Source: Deltaproteobacteria bacterium
Lineage (GTDB): Bacteria > Desulfobacterota > Binatia > UBA1149 > CAYXZP01
Assembly: GCA_046583395.1 (NCBI GenBank)
Contig: JAYGCK010000004.1
Coordinates: forward strand, 337 to 64,336
Direction of reading: 5' to 3'
DNA: 64,000 bases
The notes beneath the pieces were generated by a model. The model did not search any database and was not told the DNA's origin. It worked only from the letters and a program-made list of their open reading frames with translations. Shown here one piece after another: positions 57,628-64,000 of this stretch. The number at the start of each line of letters is the position of its first letter. The first letter of the stretch is position 1. Made by a program: the position numbers and the translations under genes.

Positions 57628-58971
57628 ATGACAGCAAGAACTCTGACAATCGCTATCGCCGCGGGGGTGCTGCTGCTTAGCAGTTACGGCGTTGCGCTGG
57701 CCGAGGATGGCGTCTCGCAGGAGATGTTCACGGCCAACAACATCTGGATGATGCTGGCCGCGGGGCTGGTATTCACAATGCACCTTGGTTTTGCCACGCT
57801 CGAGTCGGGGCTGACCAGGGCCAAGAACACGACCAATATCCTTTTCAAGAACACCTTCATCGTATGTGTGGGGATTATTACCTACGCGCTGGTGGGCTTT
57901 AACCTCATGTACCCGGGCGACTTCAATGGTTGGTTCGGGTTCGCCGGTTTCGGGCTGTTCCCGGGTGCGGCCGACCAGACAATCGAGTACGCCGGCGGCG
58001 GTTACACCTACTGGACCGACTTCCTGTTCCAGGCGATGTTCGCGGCCACGGCGGCCACGATCGTGTCGGGAGCGGTGGCCGAGCGTATCAAGCTCAATTC
58101 GTTCATGGTCTTTGCGACCATCTTCGTTGCGCTTGTCTACACGGTGGCCGGTTCGTGGAAATGGGGCGGCGGCTGGCTCGACGGCCTCGGCTTCTATGAT
58201 TTCGCCGGTTCGACCCTGGTCCACTCGGTGGGCGGTTGGGGAGCGTTGGCCGGAGCGATGTTGCTCGGCCCGCGTCTCGGCAAGTACACCAAGGACGGCC
58301 TTATCAACGCCATCCCGGGCAGCAGTCTGCCCCTGGCGGCCATCGGTGTGTTTCTGCTCTGGCTCGGTTGGTTCGGGTTCAACGGCGGCTCGGTACTGAG
58401 CGCCGATCCGGCACTGGTCTCGCTTACCTTGGTAACGACCTGCCTGGCGGCCTCGGCCGGTTGCCTGTCGGCGATGTTCACTTCGACCATCGTTTCCAAA
58501 AAGCCCGACCTGTCGATGGCTCTAAACGGCATCCTTGCCGGTCTCGTCGGCATCACCGCCGGCGCCGACCAGATGGCCATGTGGTCGGCCATCATCATCG
58601 GCCTGGTCGCCGGTGTCATCGTGGTCTACTCGGTCATGTTCTTTGACAAGATCAAGATTGACGACCCGGTCGGTGCCATCTCCGTCCATTTGGTTTGCGG
58701 CATCTGGGGTACGTTGGCGGTAGGCCTTTTCGGTGAGATGAGGGGCATGGAGCAGTTTGTGAACCAACTGATCGGTGTAGCTGCTTACGGTGTGTTCGCC
58801 TTTGGTTCGGCCCTGATCATCTTCGGCGTTATCCGCGCCACGATGGGTCTGAGGGTCAGCGAGGAGGACGAGTTCGAGGGCCTCGACCAGTCCGAGCACG
58901 GCATGCATGCCTACCCGGACTTCCAGCCGGTAACGGTTGGGCTGGGTCATACCGGTGCGATTGCCGACTGA
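57628..58971 (+). CDS. amt: Ammonium transporter (Amt family)
   Basis: AGGAGGAAGAGGG Shine-Dalgarno. Signal peptide and 11 TM segments. DFAGSTLVH and GAxxER motifs. Confidence 0.9.
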   Translation: MTARTLTIAIAAGVLLLSSYGVALAEDGVSQEMFTANNIWMMLAAGLVFTMHLGFATLESGLTRAKNTTNILFKNTFIVCVGIITYALVGFNLMYPGDFNGWFGFAGFGLFPGAADQTIEYAGGGYTYWTDFLFQAMFAATAATIVSGAVAERIKLNSFMVFATIFVALVYTVAGSWKWGGGWLDGLGFYDFAGSTLVHSVGGWGALAGAMLLGPRLGKYTKDGLINAIPGSSLPLAAIGVFLLWLGWFGFNGGSVLSADPALVSLTLVTTCLAASAGCLSAMFTSTIVSKKPDLSMALNGILAGLVGITAGADQMAMWSAIIIGLVAGVIVVYSVMFFDKIKIDDPVGAISVHLVCGIWGTLAVGLFGEMRGMEQFVNQLIGVAAYGVFAFGSALIIFGVIRATMGLRVSEEDEFEGLDQSEHGMHAYPDFQPVTVGLGHTGAIAD

Positions 58972-59041
58972 ATGTCTGTTGCTCTGGCCATGAAACCGGA
59001 GATGGTGACCATCTAGGTTGCCGAACCGTTTCCGGGCCTGT

Positions 59042-59083
59042 GGGCGCGCCGACTTGGTCCCCAGTCGGCGCGCCCTTTTTCGT
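59042..59083 (+). terminator. Rho-independent terminator of amt
   Basis: gggcgcgccgact ... agtcggcgcgccc stem followed by TTTTT. Confidence 0.7.
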
Positions 59084-59086
59084 GGT

Positions 59087-59809
59087 TCAGGAAAGGGCCA
59101 CCGAGCAGGCAATCAGAATCTGACCGGCGTAGTAGCAGGGGCCCACCGTCAGTTCCCGTCTCCAGGGCCGGCCTTTGAAGCGGCCGGCGAAACGGTCCAA
59201 GGCAAGTGCGGTGTCGGAGGCCACGAACAACCAAGCCCCCAAGGCGGCCACCGCTGAGGCCGGTTCCCACCAGGCGCTCAGACGAAGAGTGGCAAGACCG
59301 GCCATGACCATTATCGCGCCGACATAGACGGCCACCGGACGCCGCAGCCCGGTCTCTATGCCCGGTTCGAGCCGCCGGTAGACCGAAAGCGCCAAAAGGA
59401 AGACCGTCCCGACCACAAGTCCGGTCACCGGTGCCACCGCGTGGGGTGCCATGAAGGTCCCTCGGAAGGCACCGAACATTTCGGCCCACTGGCGGGCAAA
59501 GGCGACCGAGTAGAGGACGTGGGCGGTAAGGAAGGACACCAGCGCGGCCTTGAACAGCCGGTCGTGGATGATGAGCATGTCGCCGGCCAAAGAAACGGCC
59601 AGGCCGGCCAGCACCAGAAGCGCATAGGCGCGGTCGGTACCCGGGTAGAGCCACACCAGCGCCATGGCCAGGACCACGGGTAGGGCCTTTAGCGGGTAGC
59701 CCAGCGGCAGGCCGTCGCCGACACGAAGCCGCCAGGCCGTGCGTGCCACGGCTGCGGCGACCGCAGCCGCGGCAAGCAGAAAGAAACCGGGTTCAAGGTC
59801 GGCCGGCAT
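59087..59809 (-). CDS. Polytopic membrane protein, possibly YhhN/lysoplasmalogenase family
   Basis: ~8 predicted TM helices in 240 aa. The family call is by general resemblance only. Confidence 0.4.
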   Translation of the reverse strand: MPADLEPGFFLLAAAAVAAAVARTAWRLRVGDGLPLGYPLKALPVVLAMALVWLYPGTDRAYALLVLAGLAVSLAGDMLIIHDRLFKAALVSFLTAHVLYSVAFARQWAEMFGAFRGTFMAPHAVAPVTGLVVGTVFLLALSVYRRLEPGIETGLRRPVAVYVGAIMVMAGLATLRLSAWWEPASAVAALGAWLFVASDTALALDRFAGRFKGRPWRRELTVGPCYYAGQILIACSVALS

Positions 59810-59811
59810 GG

Positions 59812-60627
59812 CTATCTTCCTTTGAACTCGGGGCTGCGCTTGTCGAGGAAGGCCAGCATGGCCTCACGGAAGTCCTCGCTCGTTTGCGCGAGCAGGAATT
59901 GGTCGGCGTCCATGTGGACCATCGCGGTGTGTGCGTTGGCCACGGCGTTGACCGTTTCTTTTATCATCGAGGCTGCCATCGGTGGCACACCGCTGGCAAG
60001 CTCGCGGGCCCACAGCAGCGCGGTCTCGTGAACGGCCGCGTCCCCGGCCCCGGCCAACCGGTTGGCCAAGCCCCAACTGACCGCTTCTTCGGCTTCGACA
60101 AAACGTCCGGTCAACAACAGGTCCTTGGTCCGCGACGGCCCGAAGTGAGCGACCATCAGCGGGACCGAGTGCCAGCTCATGTTCATACCACGAAGCACTT
60201 CGGGCATCCCGAACTTGAGGTCGGCTCCGGCCACGCGCAGGTCGGCGGCCAGCGCGATACATCCGGCCCCGCCCAGACAGTGCCCCTGCATGGCCACGAT
60301 GGTGGTCTGAGGCATGGCCTGGATGGCCGCTACCAGCCGGGGGCCGGTCTGGACCATACGGCGACGCTGGCCGAGGTCGGCCTTGACCATGGAGTTGAGC
60401 TCTTTGTCGTCGAGGTCGACCCCGACCGAGAAATCACGGCCGCGGCCGCAAATGACTACGACCCGGACGTCCTCGTCGTCGGCCAGTTGCTGGCAGGTCT
60501 GGCGCAGACCTTCGAGCATGGCCCGCGAGAGGCGGTTCCTGGCCTCGGCCCGGTCGATAGTGACCAGGGCGACCCCCGGCTCCTCGCTATCCCTTTCTAC
60601 CTTCAGTTGGCCGGTGGGCTGGCTCAT
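59812..60627 (-). CDS. Enoyl-CoA hydratase/isomerase family protein
   Basis: Crotonase fold: VVICGRGRDFSVGVDL, MQGHCLGGAGC. Confidence 0.8.
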   Translation of the reverse strand: MSQPTGQLKVERDSEEPGVALVTIDRAEARNRLSRAMLEGLRQTCQQLADDEDVRVVVICGRGRDFSVGVDLDDKELNSMVKADLGQRRRMVQTGPRLVAAIQAMPQTTIVAMQGHCLGGAGCIALAADLRVAGADLKFGMPEVLRGMNMSWHSVPLMVAHFGPSRTKDLLLTGRFVEAEEAVSWGLANRLAGAGDAAVHETALLWARELASGVPPMAASMIKETVNAVANAHTAMVHMDADQFLLAQTSEDFREAMLAFLDKRSPEFKGR

Positions 60628-60714
60628 GGGCCGCGACTAACACGGTGACCGGACCTCTTCAATGCGCTATGACAATCGGCCGGGCCGGGCCATTATACCG
60701 GCCGGGTCCAGGCG

Positions 60715-61128
60715 ATGGCCGAACTTCGTTTTGAGTGTACCGAGTGCGGTGAGTGCTGCCGGCAGCGTGGCCGCTATGCCTACGTTTACGTTAACGAAGA
60801 GGAGTGTGGCGAACTGGCCGCCCATCTCGGGCTAGAGCTTGCCGCGTTCAAGAAGGCCCATACCTTCATAGATGAGGACGGTTGGCGGCAGCTGGCCATC
60901 GATGGAGAGGCCTGCCGTTTCCTCGACGGTGACGGTCGCTGTACGGTCTACCAGGCACGCCCGGTACAGTGCCGGACCTTTCCGTTCTGGCGCGAGCTGG
61001 TCGGGAGGAACGGTTTCAAGGCCGAGGCCGGGCGCGTCTGTGAAGGCGTGGGCCGGGGCAGGCGCTACGGTGAGGCCGAGGCCGAGACGCTGATGGCCGC
61101 CAAGGAACGTGCCGACGAACTTGAATAG
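60715..61128 (+). CDS. YkgJ-family (UPF0153) cysteine-cluster protein
   Basis: CTECGECC ... C ... C motif characteristic of the family. Confidence 0.7.
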   Translation: MAELRFECTECGECCRQRGRYAYVYVNEEECGELAAHLGLELAAFKKAHTFIDEDGWRQLAIDGEACRFLDGDGRCTVYQARPVQCRTFPFWRELVGRNGFKAEAGRVCEGVGRGRRYGEAEAETLMAAKERADELE

Positions 61129-61169
61129 GCAGCGGGCAGGCGACGACCAAGGAGGACAGGTACAGGACA

Positions 61170-61483
61170 ATGGCCGAACAGGATAGTGAAAAGAAGAAAC
61201 GCGACGGGCTTGTCGTCGAGAGTGACCCCGAGATTGCGACTGGCGTCTACAGCAATCTCATGCTGGTCAGTCACCGCAAGGAGGAGTTCGTTCTCGACTT
61301 TCTCTTTGTCGAACCACAGGCTTCGGCCGGCGCCAAATCGACAGCACGATTGAGGGCGCGCGCAATAACTTCTCCCGAGCACGTCAAACGCATCGTGCGT
61401 GCGCTCGGGGAGAACATCAGCCGTTACGAGGCCCGCTTTGGAGTGATAGAGGCCGCCACCGACCTTCCCAGGGTCGTTCACTG

Positions 61484-61484
<1 letters not shown>
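61170..61484 (+). CDS. DUF3467-like small protein
   Basis: [21 protein letters not shown] resembles the DUF3467 core. Confidence 0.5.
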
Positions 61485-63171
<1,687 letters not shown>

Positions 63172-63175
<4 letters not shown>

Positions 63176-63552
63176 GCGCAAAACTCAAGATTGTCGCCAA
63201 GAGCCTGGGCGTGCCCTCCATCAAGCGGCACATCTTTCTGTGCTGCGACCAGACCGACCCGCAGTGCTGCGAGAAGGCCGACGGCTTGGCGTCGTGGAAC
63301 TTCTTGAAGGCCCGTCTCGACGAGTTGGAGCTGACCGGCCGCGACGGTTCGGTCTACCGCACCAAGGCCAACTGTCTGCGCATCTGCGACAAGGGACCGG
63401 TCGCCGTCGTCTACCCCGAAGGCACTTGGTACCACTCCTGCACCCCCGAAGTCCTTGAGCGCATCATCGAAGAACATCTCATCGGTGGCCGTCCGGTCCA
63501 GGACCATGTCTTTGCCACCAACAGATTGGAGGGCAGTGGCGATGCCGAGTGA
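63172..63552 (+). CDS. Thioredoxin-like [2Fe-2S] ferredoxin-family protein
   Basis: MSAKLK ... [14 protein letters not shown] ... [24 protein letters not shown] overlap with the ilvD stop. Confidence 0.5.
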
Positions 63553-64000
63553 AGAACTAAAAGTGGTAATCGAAATGCTCGAAGCCCGGCCCGTGCTGGC
63601 CGACGCCAGTTTCGAGCAGTTGCGTGCCGGCATGGCCGAAATGGCGGTGCTGGCCTCTTTGCCCGAGGGCGTGACCACCGAAACGGTGCTGGCCGGTGGA
63701 GTGAAGGCCGAGTGGGTCTCGGCGGCCGGGGCCGATGAGTTCCGTGTCCTGCTCTATCTGCACGGGGGCGGCTACTGCATCGGTTCCATCGATACCCACA
63801 GGGCCATGGTGGCCTCCCTGTCGGAGGCTTCGGGCATGAAGGCATTGGCGCTCGACTATAGGCTTGCCCCCGAACACCCACACCCGGCAGCGGTCGATGA
63901 TGCGGTGGCGGCCTACCGCTGGTTGCTGGCCAACTCGGTGGCGCCCGAGCGTATAGCTATTGCCGGCGACTCGGCCGGGGGTGGGCTCAGCGCGGCCACC
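63542..64000 (+). CDS. Alpha/beta-hydrolase fold-3 esterase/lipase (partial; continues past the window end)
   Basis: [12 protein letters not shown] (HGGG oxyanion motif) and GDSAGGGLS nucleophile. No stop before the window end. Confidence 0.7.
   Translation, partial: MPSEELKVVIEMLEARPVLADASFEQLRAGMAEMAVLASLPEGVTTETVLAGGVKAEWVSAAGADEFRVLLYLHGGGYCIGSIDTHRAMVASLSEASGMKALALDYRLAPEHPHPAAVDDAVAAYRWLLANSVAPERIAIAGDSAGGGLSAAT

Overview
High-GC (by eye roughly two-thirds G+C) chromosomal segment. Gene content and domain families (DUF4911, DUF3467, PSCyt1-like domain, PduO-type adenosyltransferase, GAF-PtsP) suggest a deltaproteobacterial / Myxococcota-like organism. Most of the window is dense, co-directional housekeeping. 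A 15-kb minus-strand array carries xerC, hslVU, argBDFGH, an LptM-like lipoprotein, fabD, lysA, dapF, dapA, dapB, folK and tal. It is followed by tatAC, PBP1A, cobB-like sirtuin, ptsP, an RND pump, topA, trmFO, glnE, ilvE, ilvD, amt and two HU paralogs. No CRISPR array, rRNA, tRNA, transposase or phage genes were seen. The unusual material is as follows. (i) At the left edge there are two tandem paralogous genes (one running off the window) for ~800-aa secreted, extremely Cys-rich proteins. Gene B's C-terminus matches the planctomycete-type cytochrome-c-like (PSCyt1, CxxCH ... MP ... WIxxGA) domain. Each gene has its own TTGAC-type promoter preceded by a C-tract/G-tract hairpin. Upstream on the same strand are an MBL hydrolase, a PduO-type adenosyltransferase with a basic tail and a PAS-HisKA-REC protein that lacks an ATPase domain. 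(ii) 3' remnants of two DNA-uptake/processing genes (comM/yifB on the minus strand, the dprA winged-helix domain on the plus strand, in frame with topA) flank an apparently inserted pabA-like amidotransferase plus lipoprotein pair. A G10 tract sits just upstream of topA. (iii) There are several long homopolymeric C/G tracts, a GC-tract-rich 360-nt intergenic region with a tiny hydrophobic ORF, and a sigma54-type promoter plus a perfect palindrome upstream of amt. No computations or database searches could be run, so all family assignments rest on recognised sequence motifs.
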